Positions 1-9,600 of a DNA stretch of 64,000 bases are shown here, piece after piece. Under the pieces are notes generated by a model. The model did no database searches, was not told the DNA's origin, and saw only the letters and a program-made list of their open reading frames with translations. The position numbers and the translations under genes were made by a program. This stretch comes from Minisyncoccota bacterium (lineage in GTDB: Bacteria > Patescibacteriota > Minisyncoccia > Phycocordibacterales > VMEP01). The stretch is from positions 234,101-298,100 of the forward strand of contig JBAZUR010000001.1 of assembly GCA_041661305.1 (NCBI GenBank), written 5' to 3'. Position 1 is the stretch's first letter; each line of letters opens with the position of its first letter.

Positions 1-429
1 ATCTACTTGGGAAACGTAAATATCTTCAGGGCGTGTTCCACTCTTAAGCTCATCGAGTCTTGCTTGCTCAACCCTCACTGTCGCCTTGGCGCCTTCTAGT
101 TGGGCAGAAATATCAGCACTACTAACAGCAGCGATTGGTTCTCCTGCGTAAACGTGTTCGCCAACATCACGGTAGACCGCAATAACTCTCCCCCCTTTTT
201 CAAAAGAAAGATTTACGTCTTCGGCTGGCTTAACTTTGCCGGTAACAGAAACGATTTGAGATACCGTCCCCTTTTCCACGGTCGCATAATTTACAACTGG
301 GACCTCGGTCACGTTTTTGTATACAGAATAACCAACAAAAAGAGTGACGATGACGATGATAGCGGTCACCCAAGGTCGCCTAACTGAGAACGTTTTTATT
401 AAATTAAAATAGCGTAGAAAAAATGACAT
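1..429 (-). CDS. Efflux RND/ABC periplasmic adaptor (HlyD/MFP family), N-terminal part; runs off window start
   Basis: Not in ORF track. Manual translation MSFFLRYF...TM...ATVEKGTVSQIVSVTGKVKPAEDVNLSFEKGGRVIAVYRDVGEHVYAGEPIA matches the MFP lipoyl-like motif, followed by coiled coil. Confidence 0.85.
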   Translation of the reverse strand, partial: MSFFLRYFNLIKTFSVRRPWVTAIIVIVTLFVGYSVYKNVTEVPVVNYATVEKGTVSQIVSVTGKVKPAEDVNLSFEKGGRVIAVYRDVGEHVYAGEPIAAVSSADISAQLEGAKATVRVEQARLDELKSGTRPEDIYVSQVD

Positions 430-519
430 TTCTTTGTTGAATTAGAAAAAACAAAGCGAATAATAGGTGAATTATATCATAAGTAGGAGTTTTGTTCACT
501 TCATTTTAGAATACATATT

Positions 520-1707
520 ATGCGTACTTCTTACTCAGCACTCGAAACATTCAAGACCTGCCCGCTGAAATACAAATATCAAGTTATTGAAAAACGCGGA
601 GCCCCAAAAAGAATTGAGGCAATTTTTGGAACCCTTGTTCATAGCGCCCTGAAGTTTATGTTTGAGCGCAACCCCCTATACCCCACACTAGATGAGGTTA
701 TTAATTTTTTTACAATAAAATTTAACGAAAAAGCTGATGGAGTTTTGTTTAATGATGAAAAAACCAAAGAAGCTGAAGAGAAAATGTACCTTGAAGAGGG
801 TGTGCGAATGTTGAAAAATTTCTATAAAAAAAATCAACCCTGGAATTTTAACGCACTCGAACTTGAAACGAGGTTTTCCTTGGATATAGAAGATGAAAAA
901 ACAAAACGCACCCACACGCTCGCCGGAATAATTGATCGCATCGACAAAAACGAGGAAAATGAGACGTACGAAATAATTGATTACAAAACCTCAAAAAAGA
1001 TGCCAGCGGAGTCAACGCTCGAAGAAAATTTACAGCTCAATTTGTATCATTTGGCGCTAACAAGGCGGTGGCCGTCAATAACATCTGGGAAAGTTAAGCT
1101 ATCACTCTATTTTTTGAAGCATAACGAAAAAATTTCATTAACCCCAAACCAAGCTGTAATCAAACGCGCGCAGGAAATGCTTCTTTCTACAATTCGTGAA
1201 GTAGAAGACAAAACAGAGAAAGACGATTTCCCACCTACACCAGGACCTTTGTGTAATTACTGTGGCTTCCGCCCTGTCTGTCCTATGTGGTCACACGAAT
1301 ACAAAGTCGAAAAAAATGAGCCTGACGAAAAAATGGTTTCTTCTGCAATTAGTGAATTCTTTGAACTAAAAGATAGTGAGGACAAAAATAAAGACAGACT
1401 CGGAGAGCTCAGAGAAATAATTATTGGTTATATGGATAAAGAAAAAGTAGAGCGTGTGTTTGGTGCTGACGGTTTTATCACGCGAACAAACCAAGAACGA
1501 GTCTCTTATGATTTAGAGAAGTTGCGCCCCACACTTGAAGCACATGGACATTGGCAAAAACTTCTTACGCCTGACGCAAAAAAGCTTGATGAAATTAACG
1601 CTGAACTTACCGAGGAGGAAATACTAGCCGTCAAAGAAGCACAAATTATAAAAAAGTTCGCAACCCTAAAATCAACAAAGAAAAAAGGGGCTGTTGAAGA
1701 AGAGTAA
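520..1707 (+). CDS. PD-(D/E)XK nuclease (RecB/AddB/Cas4-like) with probable Fe-S Cys motif and C-terminal extension
   Basis: SYSALETFKTCPLKY; GIIDRID; IIDYKT; QLNLY; CNYCGFRPVC. Confidence 0.85.
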   Translation: MRTSYSALETFKTCPLKYKYQVIEKRGAPKRIEAIFGTLVHSALKFMFERNPLYPTLDEVINFFTIKFNEKADGVLFNDEKTKEAEEKMYLEEGVRMLKNFYKKNQPWNFNALELETRFSLDIEDEKTKRTHTLAGIIDRIDKNEENETYEIIDYKTSKKMPAESTLEENLQLNLYHLALTRRWPSITSGKVKLSLYFLKHNEKISLTPNQAVIKRAQEMLLSTIREVEDKTEKDDFPPTPGPLCNYCGFRPVCPMWSHEYKVEKNEPDEKMVSSAISEFFELKDSEDKNKDRLGELREIIIGYMDKEKVERVFGADGFITRTNQERVSYDLEKLRPTLEAHGHWQKLLTPDAKKLDEINAELTEEEILAVKEAQIIKKFATLKSTKKKGAVEEE

Positions 1708-1714
1708 TTTTCTG

Positions 1715-2098
1715 TTAACTTGAAAGCCCTGGGCAATTTGCAGCAGGAGTATATCCAGCATTACGGGCCTCCTTTTCAGTTGAAAATGTTATCAAGTTTT
1801 GAGGGCTTATAGCAGAAGCGCCAGAGCACCACGGCAAAAAATACTTCTTACCGTTCTTTGAGGCAACAAAACCACTATCTACCTTTATCGAACTAATAGT
1901 GGCAGCTTTTTGCTCAAAACTGGCATTCTGTATTATTCTTACCGGCATTTTCAGCTCCTCAATTTTCGACAGCCTTCCCAAGCCAAACGACGCAAAAGCA
2001 ACCAAAATTATGGTAATTGCGGTAAATACTCCACGCTCCCCTAGCGTTCTAGCCAAATCCTTGATTTTTAGTAACAAATAATCTATAATCCGCATCAA
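1715..2098 (-). CDS. Membrane-anchored protein with Ada-metal-binding-like C-terminal domain
   Basis: One TM segment, then FVASKNGKKYFLPWC...FSTEKEARNAGYTPAANC. Confidence 0.6.
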   Translation of the reverse strand: MMRIIDYLLLKIKDLARTLGERGVFTAITIILVAFASFGLGRLSKIEELKMPVRIIQNASFEQKAATISSIKVDSGFVASKNGKKYFLPWCSGASAISPQNLITFSTEKEARNAGYTPAANCPGLSS

Positions 2099-2154
2099 CG
2101 TAATCTTACCATAAGACCTTACGGGAAAAGGCTTTTTTAACTATTTAAAACAAT

Positions 2155-2427
2155 ATGGCAACACGAAAAGCTGGAGGTACAGCTAAAAACCTCAGAGATT
2201 CAAACGCAAAGTACTTAGGTACGAAGCTTCATGACGGCGAGACTGCAAAGTCTGGCTCTATTATTGTTCGTCAGCGCGGTACAAAAATCATGCCTGGAAA
2301 AAATGTTGGCCTCGGCAGTGATCATACTATTTTCGCCCTCAAAGACGGAAAAGTTAAATTCACATCAAAGAGAAAGGTTGGTTTCGATGGCGTAACATCT
2401 GTCAAAAAAGTTGTAAGCGTTATCTAG
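2155..2427 (+). CDS. rpmA: 50S ribosomal protein L27
   Basis: [22 protein letters not shown]...IIVRQRGTK. Confidence 0.97.
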   Translation: MATRKAGGTAKNLRDSNAKYLGTKLHDGETAKSGSIIVRQRGTKIMPGKNVGLGSDHTIFALKDGKVKFTSKRKVGFDGVTSVKKVVSVI

Positions 2428-2444
2428 TAAAAATTTATACTTGC

Positions 2445-2476
2445 AACAAAAAAAGGGCGATTGCCCTTTTTTTGTT
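2445..2476. terminator. Bidirectional intrinsic terminator between rpmA and rplI
   Basis: ACAAAAAAAGGGC-GATT-GCCCTTTTTTTGT hairpin between convergent genes. Confidence 0.8.
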
Positions 2477-2495
2477 TTCTTTTTTATGTAAAAGA

Positions 2496-2942
2496 TTATG
2501 CGAGGGTCTCGATAGTTAGCAAAACTTTTGCTTTCTTGTCTTTGATTGCAACTTCGATTGAAAATTCTCCAGTTTGACGAATTGGCTCTTCAAGTAAGAT
2601 CATTTCTGGTTTAACAGAAAGACGTGTTGTTTCAGCAATAGCCTTAGCAATCTCTTCTTTGTGAACTCCCGCAAACAAATGGCCGAGTTCATTAGCCTTC
2701 TCTTTCATAACAACCGCTACCCCGTTTAAATCCTGAATATTCTTTTCCAAAAGATCTTCCTGAATTTTTCGCTCAGATACTTCTGCTTTTTTCATAAGTT
2801 CAAGGCGAGCCAGTGCCTTATCGGTCGCAACCTCAACCAACTTCCTTGGAAAAAGGAAATTCTTAACAAAACCATCGGAAACCTCTTTCACTTCGTATTT
2901 CTTCCCCTGTCTTGGAACATCGTGTAAAAATATGACTTTCAT
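2496..2942 (-). CDS. rplI: 50S ribosomal protein L9
   Basis: MKVIFLHDV..GKK.EVKEVSDGFVKNFLFP; GHLFAGV. Confidence 0.95.
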   Translation of the reverse strand: MKVIFLHDVPRQGKKYEVKEVSDGFVKNFLFPRKLVEVATDKALARLELMKKAEVSERKIQEDLLEKNIQDLNGVAVVMKEKANELGHLFAGVHKEEIAKAIAETTRLSVKPEMILLEEPIRQTGEFSIEVAIKDKKAKVLLTIETLA

Positions 2943-2969
2943 GTATTTTGAATTGATTAGAGCGACAGT

Positions 2970-4190
2970 CTAGCTTTTTTTCAAAAGAATTTCAACTGCC
3001 TTCTCCATTTGAACGTCTTTACCAGCAATTAAGTCCTTTTCTGACGTAGTCGCAACAAACGTAGGGGTAATTCCGCCTTCAGAAATTGAAAGTCCATTTG
3101 GCGTGAGCCATCTTGCAATAGTTACCTTAAGTGACGTTTCTGGGGTTATTTTGACCAACTCCTGAACCGAACCCTTGCCAAAACTACGCTCCCCCACCAC
3201 AACAGCCTTTCCGTGCTCAAGAAGCGCGCCGGTCAAAATTTCTGAAGCTGAAGCTGATCCACGGTTTATTAAAATAACCATTTTCAATTTATCGTTAAAG
3301 ATGTCGTACCCTCGACTTCGATAAACTTCCTCCTCTTGATTTTTACCCAAATCTTCGCGAACGATTATCTTGCCTGCTGGTAAAAACCAACTAGCCATAT
3401 CAACAGCCGCCTCGAGATATCCGCCTGGGTTACCGCGCAAATCCAAGACGAGCTTATCACTACCAGACACAATAAATTCTCGCAAAGCCTTTGCGAATAA
3501 ATTTGGAGAATTTTCTGAAAAACTATACAGGCTAATAACAAAAACTCCATCATCTCTCAATTTAGTGTCAATTGTTGGAATATTTATCGTGTCTCTAGTT
3601 ATAGAAATTTCGATGGGCTTTGAATCACCGTTGCGAACAATAGAAAGTTTTACTGCCGTTCCTTTTTCTCCGCGAATTAATTTAACAGCGGCGTCTACTG
3701 CCATATCGGTAGTAATCTTGTCGTCAATCTTAAAAATTCTGTCACCAGCCCTAATGCCAGCCTTCTCTGCGGGCGAACCCTTAAGTGGCGAAACGACAGT
3801 CAAAACCTCATCACGCAAACCAATCTCCATACCAACTCCGCCAAACTCACCTTTTATGTCTTCCGCAAAAGCTTTTGATTCAACTGGTGGGAAAAATACA
3901 GTGTACGGATCGTCAAAAGATTTAGTAAGCCCAGAAATTGCACCCCAAACTTTTTCTTGGTCTGTTGGAATTTTCTTTTTTGAAACAAATTTTTCGTTCA
4001 AAACTGTCCAAGTCTTCCAGAAAGCTTCGAAGTCGGTCTCTATTCCCGCTGGTGCTGTTTTGTTTAATAGGGCAACTTCGTCAATGGAAGGGGAAGATTT
4101 TTTACCGAAATAAAATCCGGAACCAAAAACAACGACGAAGACAGCAACGACTAACGCGTAGTAAAAAGATTTTCGATAGCGTGAGAACAT
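2970..4190 (-). CDS. C-terminal processing peptidase S41 (PDZ)
   Basis: DPYT, GVGMEI PDZ, LDLRGNPGG, SASASEI, GERSFGKGSVQ. Confidence 0.93.
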   Translation of the reverse strand: MFSRYRKSFYYALVVAVFVVVFGSGFYFGKKSSPSIDEVALLNKTAPAGIETDFEAFWKTWTVLNEKFVSKKKIPTDQEKVWGAISGLTKSFDDPYTVFFPPVESKAFAEDIKGEFGGVGMEIGLRDEVLTVVSPLKGSPAEKAGIRAGDRIFKIDDKITTDMAVDAAVKLIRGEKGTAVKLSIVRNGDSKPIEISITRDTINIPTIDTKLRDDGVFVISLYSFSENSPNLFAKALREFIVSGSDKLVLDLRGNPGGYLEAAVDMASWFLPAGKIIVREDLGKNQEEEVYRSRGYDIFNDKLKMVILINRGSASASEILTGALLEHGKAVVVGERSFGKGSVQELVKITPETSLKVTIARWLTPNGLSISEGGITPTFVATTSEKDLIAGKDVQMEKAVEILLKKS

Positions 4191-4303
4191 TTGTGGATTA
4201 TCTCACACCGAAACACCTCAGGTCAATTTTTTATAAAATTCATATTTAATTCCTTTTCTTTCTTCATTAAAACATAGTAATCTTTTTGTATTTAAACACT
4301 CTC

Positions 4304-4393
4304 AAAATACCTCCTAAAAACATTGCGCAGTGCGACGGCACGAGCATAGTAAATTTTCAGCAGAAAATTATACGCGTTTTTGGGAGGTATTTT
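4304..4393 (+). repeat. Structured repeat, type A copy 1
   Basis: CATTGCGCA-GTGC-GACG-GCAC-GAGCATAG..AATTTTC-AGCA-GAAAATT inside IR AAAATACCTCCTAAAAAC/GTTTTTGGGAGGTATTTT; homologous to 22006-22220, 22699-22788, 47630-47719. Confidence 0.85.
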
Positions 4394-4464
4394 AAAAACA
4401 ATAAATAGAAACTTATTAAATCACTTGGATTAAGCGTGCAAACCGTTATATAATATCAAGAATT

Positions 4465-5379
4465 ATGCGGACCATATACAAATACAACAATGTAACTTGG
4501 ATAGATTTGGAGTCTCCAAATAAAGAAGAAATCCGGGAACTAATCGAGGAATATCAAGTTCATCCATTAGTTGCTGAGGAATTATTGGTTCCAACAATTC
4601 GCCCAAAGGTTGATTTGTATGATGATTGTATTTATTTAATACTCCACTTCCCTTCCGTGGTTCATTCACATTCAAGACATAAATCAAACGAAATTGATTT
4701 TATTATCGGGAAAAACTATATCGTCACAAATCACTACGAATCGATTGATGCAATTCATCAATTTTCAAAAATATTTGAGGTAAATTCAATTCTGAACAAA
4801 AGCAATATGGGAGACCATAGTGGCTATCTACTTTTTTATCTTCTCCGTGAGCTTTATAAAAACTTAATGGAGCAACTTTTTGACCTTGACCACAATCTAA
4901 AAAGTATCGAGGAAAGAATTTTCCGTGGCGAAGAAAGAGCAATGGTTAAAACAATTTCCCATATCAACCGGAAGCTACTAACCTTTAAGCAGGCTATTCA
5001 ATATCACAAAGGAGTGCTTGAATCGTTTGAAACTGCTGGACGACGTTTTTTTGGAGAAAATTTTGATTATCACCTACGCTCAATGCTTTCTGAGTATCAT
5101 AAGGTTTCTAGTACTCTTGAGGGTCACCGCGATACCGTCAACGAACTCCGCGACACAAACGACTCACTTCTTTCAAGTAAAACCAACGAGATTATGAAAA
5201 CTCTCACCATTATGGCTTTCATAATTTTGCCTATGACCTTTGTTGGACAAGTTTTCGGGGTTAGCTTACAAAATATCCCATTCCAAAATTCCCCTAATGG
5301 ATTTTGGATTGTAATCGGATTAATGGCATTCGTCGGAGTATTTGGCTTTTCAATATTTAAATATAAAAAATGGCTATAA
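4465..5379 (+). CDS. CorA-family divalent cation transporter
   Basis: TWIDL..P, HPLVAEE, RPKVD, NEIMKTLT, two C-terminal TMs; GMN motif appears as GVS. Confidence 0.88.
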   Translation: MRTIYKYNNVTWIDLESPNKEEIRELIEEYQVHPLVAEELLVPTIRPKVDLYDDCIYLILHFPSVVHSHSRHKSNEIDFIIGKNYIVTNHYESIDAIHQFSKIFEVNSILNKSNMGDHSGYLLFYLLRELYKNLMEQLFDLDHNLKSIEERIFRGEERAMVKTISHINRKLLTFKQAIQYHKGVLESFETAGRRFFGENFDYHLRSMLSEYHKVSSTLEGHRDTVNELRDTNDSLLSSKTNEIMKTLTIMAFIILPMTFVGQVFGVSLQNIPFQNSPNGFWIVIGLMAFVGVFGFSIFKYKKWL

Positions 5380-6761
5380 GAATTTACAACACTCTCATTC
5401 GCGACAAAGCCTTCTTTGAGCCTATTCACGAAGGTGAGGTTTATATGTATCACTGTGGGCCAACGGTATACGACTATGCCCATATTGGAAATATGCGAGC
5501 TTATGTTTTTGCTGATATTTTGCGAAGGACTTTTGAGTGGAATAAATACAAGGTTAAACAAATTATCAATATCACGGACGTTGGACACCCTTCTTCAGAT
5601 GAAGATGACGGAGAAGATAAGATAGAAACAGCTTCACAGCGTGAGCATAAATCCGCAGAAGAAGTCGCAAAATTTTATACAGATATTTTTTTTAGTGACT
5701 TAAAAAAGCTAAACGTAAATACAACAGATACTATTTTCCCAAGAGCTTCAGAACATATTCCAGAACAAATTGAATTGGTGCGAATCCTTGAAGAAAAAGG
5801 TTTTGCCTATAAGACAAGTAAGGGTATTTATTTTGACACAATGAAGTTTCCGGATTATGGAAAATTGGCCCTTTTAGATATAAAAAATTTGCGCGAAGGT
5901 GCTCGAGTTGAAATTAATCCTGAAAAAAGAAATCCTACAGATTTTTCACTTTGGAAATTCTCGCCTACCCCCGGGGTTCGTCAGCAAGAATGGGACTCAC
6001 CTTGGGGTATCGGATTTCCTGGTTGGCATATTGAATGCTCAGCAATGTCGATGAAGTATCTTGGCAATCATTTCGATATTCATACCGGAGGGGTTGACCA
6101 TATTTCTGTTCACCACACAAACGAAATCGCGCAGTCCGAAGCTGCTACAGGTGAACACCTCGCCAACTATTGGATGCATTCCGCGTTTCTAAGTATCGAT
6201 GGACAAAAGATGTCGAAGTCTATTGGAAATTTCACCACATTAACCGATATTGAAAAAAGTGGTATTTCCCCTCTCGCCTTTCGTTATTTTCTTTTGGGAA
6301 CAAACTACCGCATGCCTTTGAACTTCACGTGGTCAGCGCTTTCTGGTGCTGAAAAAGCTCTTCTGGGAATCTATCGCGAAGCTTCTCTTTTTCCAAAAGG
6401 TGGCACAGTCGACGAAGACTTCTCTTCTAGGTTTAAGGATGTTATCAACAATGACTTCAACACCCCCCAAGCGCTTGCTCTTATTTTTGAGCTTTTGAGA
6501 TCCCCTCTTCCGCCAGAAACAAAGTTCGCAACCCTTCTTGAATTTGATAAAGTTTTGGGGCTTGATATTGAAAATAGCCAAGTAGTCACAACGATTCCAG
6601 ACGAAGAAGTACCCATTCCTGTTAAAAATCTTATAGACGAAAGAGAGATCGCTAGAGCAAAGAAAGATTTCGAGAGATCAGACCTTATTCGTACAGAAAT
6701 AGCCAAATTAGGCTATCTTGTTGATGATTCTGCTGAAGGCCCTAAAGTGACCAAAAAATAG
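5370..6761 (+). CDS. cysS: Cysteine--tRNA ligase
   Basis: CGPTVYD, HIGN, PGWHIECSAMS, KMSKS. Confidence 0.97.
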   Translation: MAIRIYNTLIRDKAFFEPIHEGEVYMYHCGPTVYDYAHIGNMRAYVFADILRRTFEWNKYKVKQIINITDVGHPSSDEDDGEDKIETASQREHKSAEEVAKFYTDIFFSDLKKLNVNTTDTIFPRASEHIPEQIELVRILEEKGFAYKTSKGIYFDTMKFPDYGKLALLDIKNLREGARVEINPEKRNPTDFSLWKFSPTPGVRQQEWDSPWGIGFPGWHIECSAMSMKYLGNHFDIHTGGVDHISVHHTNEIAQSEAATGEHLANYWMHSAFLSIDGQKMSKSIGNFTTLTDIEKSGISPLAFRYFLLGTNYRMPLNFTWSALSGAEKALLGIYREASLFPKGGTVDEDFSSRFKDVINNDFNTPQALALIFELLRSPLPPETKFATLLEFDKVLGLDIENSQVVTTIPDEEVPIPVKNLIDEREIARAKKDFERSDLIRTEIAKLGYLVDDSAEGPKVTKK

Positions 6762-6855
6762 CTAAATTGGCTATTTTTATCCCCCACATACACACAGCTT
6801 AGCCCCAAACGTGACTTAAACTACCTGGGCGACAATGTGCTAATATGGAGCAACT

Positions 6856-8226
6856 ATGGCACAACTAAAAGGAAGTTCTGTTCGTGTTCCCCCACAAAAT
6901 ATTGACTCCGAGAGAGCTCTTCTTGGTGCAATAATGGTTCGATCAGATGCAATCAACGAGATTGTTGATTCTATAGAACCGGAATCTTTTTACGCTGAAA
7001 AACACCGCATAATTTACAATGCAATTCGAGAACTTTTTGCCAGAAATGAACCAATCGACGTAATTACTGTTTCTTCCAGACTAAACGACAAGAATGACCT
7101 AGAACGTATTGGTGGTCGTGCATACCTTATTGAATTAATTAATACCGTCCCTTCAACGTCAAACGTTTTACACTATGCCAATCTTGTCGACAAGACGAGT
7201 ATCTTGCGCAGACTAATCGACGCCGCAGATCATATTTCTGATTTGGGCTTTACTGAATCAAAAGAACTTGATCAAGTTTTAGACGAAGCAGAGAAAAAAA
7301 TATTCGGCATCACCAATTCCCCAAAGGTTCACAAATTCGTTAATATCAAAGACACTTTGACTGAGGCGTGGGAAAGACTGGATCATCTAAATAAGTCTGG
7401 CGACGAAATTCGCGGTGTCCCAACTGGATTTCCAGACCTTGATGCAAAAACTGCTGGTTTCCAAAAGTCTGACCTAATCATTCTCGCGGCTCGCCCATCA
7501 ATGGGTAAAACTGCTTTAGCTCTCGATATCGCAAGACTCGCCTCTACTCGTCACAATATCCCGGTTGGAATTTTTTCTCTTGAAATGAGCGCACATCAAC
7601 TCACCGACCGTATGCTTGCCGCCGAATCCCGCGTTGACGCATGGAAACTACGCACCGGCAAAATTAGCGCCGATGAAGATTTTTCTCGTTTACGCGACGC
7701 AATGAGTGTTCTTTCAAAAGCCCCTATCTATATCGACGACCAAGCCGGTAACTCCATTCTTAAAATGCGTTCTGTTGCACGTAGATTAAAAAGCGAACAT
7801 GGTCTCGGCCTTATCATTGTCGACTACCTCCAACTCATGACCACCTCAAAAAATTACGATTCTATGGTCAACCAAGTGACTGAGATCTCTCGCTCCCTAA
7901 AGAGCCTCGCTCGCGAGCTAGATATTCCAGTCCTCGCACTTTCTCAGCTCTCACGTGCCGTTGAATCACGCGGCGGACGCCCTCGCCTTTCCGACCTCCG
8001 TGACTCCGGTTCTATTGAACAGGATGCTGACTTGGTTATGTTTATTCACCGCGAAGACAAGTACAAAGATGATTCCGAGCGACCAAATATTGCTGAAATT
8101 CTTATCGAAAAACATCGAAATGGTCCAACAGGTAAAATTGAATTGTATTTCGATGACAAAAAAACAACCTTCCTCCCTGTTGATAAGGGCGACTACGCAA
8201 CACTTAGTAAGGATGATGACTTTTAA
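6856..8226 (+). CDS. dnaB: Replicative DNA helicase
   Basis: AARPSMGKT, IVDYLQLM, SQLSR, DLRDSGSIEQDAD. Confidence 0.97.
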   Translation: MAQLKGSSVRVPPQNIDSERALLGAIMVRSDAINEIVDSIEPESFYAEKHRIIYNAIRELFARNEPIDVITVSSRLNDKNDLERIGGRAYLIELINTVPSTSNVLHYANLVDKTSILRRLIDAADHISDLGFTESKELDQVLDEAEKKIFGITNSPKVHKFVNIKDTLTEAWERLDHLNKSGDEIRGVPTGFPDLDAKTAGFQKSDLIILAARPSMGKTALALDIARLASTRHNIPVGIFSLEMSAHQLTDRMLAAESRVDAWKLRTGKISADEDFSRLRDAMSVLSKAPIYIDDQAGNSILKMRSVARRLKSEHGLGLIIVDYLQLMTTSKNYDSMVNQVTEISRSLKSLARELDIPVLALSQLSRAVESRGGRPRLSDLRDSGSIEQDADLVMFIHREDKYKDDSERPNIAEILIEKHRNGPTGKIELYFDDKKTTFLPVDKGDYATLSKDDDF

Positions 8227-8232
8227 TTATCT

Positions 8233-8847
8233 ATGGATGCTCGAGAAAAACTAGAACGTCTTTTTGCAATGTTCCCCGGCATAGGTCCACGTCAGGCTAA
8301 GAGATTTGTATATTTTCTTCTAACTCGAAATAGTAATTTTATCTCGGAACTTTCTTTAGCCCTCGCAGATGTAAAGAAAAATGTTTCTCAGTGCGCTTCT
8401 TGCTATAGATTTTTCCCTAGCGACACGAATACAATGTGTCAGATATGTCGTGGTGCAAACACCGACCAGAGCACTGTCCTTGTTGTTGAAAAAGATGTTG
8501 ATTTTGAAAACGTAAATAAAAGTGGTTTCTATAATGGTCGTTTCTTTATCCTCGGCGGACTACTCCCAATCCTCGAAGAAGAGCCTGCTAAAAAAATCCG
8601 AGCTCGCGAGCTAGTTGCAGAAATTGAGCGCCAAGCAAAACTCGGAGCTCTTAAAGAAATAATTATCGCCCTTTCGCTAAATCCCGAAGGTGAAAATACC
8701 TATCAATATGTTAAGCGCATTCTCGAACCAGTCACACAAAAATATTCTATTAGTTTAAGTACTCTTGGGCGCGGTCTTTCCACTGGTTCCGAACTCGAAT
8801 ACTCAGACGGAGAAACACTTAAATACGCAATCGAAAATAGAAAATAA
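8233..8847 (+). CDS. recR: Recombination mediator RecR
   Basis: PGIGPRQA HhH, CxxC..CxxC, VVE toprim, GLSTGSELEY. Confidence 0.93.
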   Translation: MDAREKLERLFAMFPGIGPRQAKRFVYFLLTRNSNFISELSLALADVKKNVSQCASCYRFFPSDTNTMCQICRGANTDQSTVLVVEKDVDFENVNKSGFYNGRFFILGGLLPILEEEPAKKIRARELVAEIERQAKLGALKEIIIALSLNPEGENTYQYVKRILEPVTQKYSISLSTLGRGLSTGSELEYSDGETLKYAIENRK

Positions 8848-8875
8848 AAAAAATCCGCCATCAGCGGATTTTTTT

Positions 8876-9235
8876 TTATTTTATCTTCTCTATAGCAACC
8901 TTGAAAAATGGCTGGCGATGTCCTCTAATCTTCAAATAGCGACTCTTGGCCTTGTATTTCATCACCTCTACTTTCTTTGCCTTTCCAATTTCTTTCAATA
9001 CTCCGGTCACTTTTGCTTCTTTTATATATGGAGTTCCGATGGTTGTATCTTTGCCGTCATCAACGAGCAAAACCTTATCAAAGACGATAGCCTCGCCCTC
9101 TTTGTGCTCACCATCCATTATTTCAATAGTAACAACATCGCCAACCGCAACGCGATATTGCTTTCCACCAGTCTTTATTACGGCAAATTCACTTGATTCT
9201 GCCTTCTTTCCTGCGGTTTTCTTGGTTACAGCCAT
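8876..9235 (-). CDS. rplU: 50S ribosomal protein L21 (start re-set to MAVTKK)
   Basis: FAVIKTGGKQYRV; GHRQPF. Confidence 0.95.
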   Translation of the reverse strand: MAVTKKTAGKKAESSEFAVIKTGGKQYRVAVGDVVTIEIMDGEHKEGEAIVFDKVLLVDDGKDTTIGTPYIKEAKVTGVLKEIGKAKKVEVMKYKAKSRYLKIRGHRQPFFKVAIEKIK

Positions 9236-9282
9236 GACAGAGTATTTTACATAAAACGAGTAAAAACGCAAGATTACCGTTG

Positions 9283-9311
9283 TTGACACTATATATATAG
9301 AATGCTACAGT
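9283..9311 (+). promoter_or_regulatory. Sigma70 promoter of candidate sRNA
   Basis: TTGACA-17 nt-TACAGT with TGn extension. Confidence 0.7.
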
Positions 9312-9316
9312 CTTTT

Positions 9317-9452
9317 AGGAAACGAGCTAATCGCTCTTTATCGAAATAACAGCTTTCCTGACCGCACCTCCCTTCCGCTCCATGGCTTGATGGGGCGACC
9401 GCGGTCAGCCCCCGCGCCTACCTCCCCCTTCCCTTTGGCGCGGGGTTTTTTT
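9317..9452 (+). ncRNA. Candidate sRNA (~135 nt) with two anti-Shine-Dalgarno-like CU-rich motifs
   Basis: Promoter upstream, no meaningful ORF, three stems (AGGAAA/TTTCCT; TGACCGC/GCGGTCA; CCCCGCGCC/GGCGCGGGG+T7), ACCTCCC at 9366 and 9420. Confidence 0.6.
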
Positions 9453-9600
9453 ATTGTTTTGTCTAATGTAATCAGTAGCAACAAAACAATAATCCCGTAC
9501 CAAAAACATCTTTGTGGACCAAAAAAGAATAGCGGAACAAAAGGTTAAAAATAATCCTCTACCTAAATGTTCGTTTTTGGTATCGAGATATTTTTTCTTC

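Noticed and set aside
3370-4113. Long antisense ORFs (e.g. 3370-4113, 100-387, 33458-33910, 56090-56527)
   Set aside because: Shadow frames opposite well-supported genes, with no motifs or expression signals
9317-9452. SRP RNA, tmRNA, 6S RNA or L21 leader
   Set aside because: No SRP GGAA domain-IV motif, no tRNA-like ends, no long 6S-type rod, and it is transcribed away from rplU; an Rfam scan is still needed
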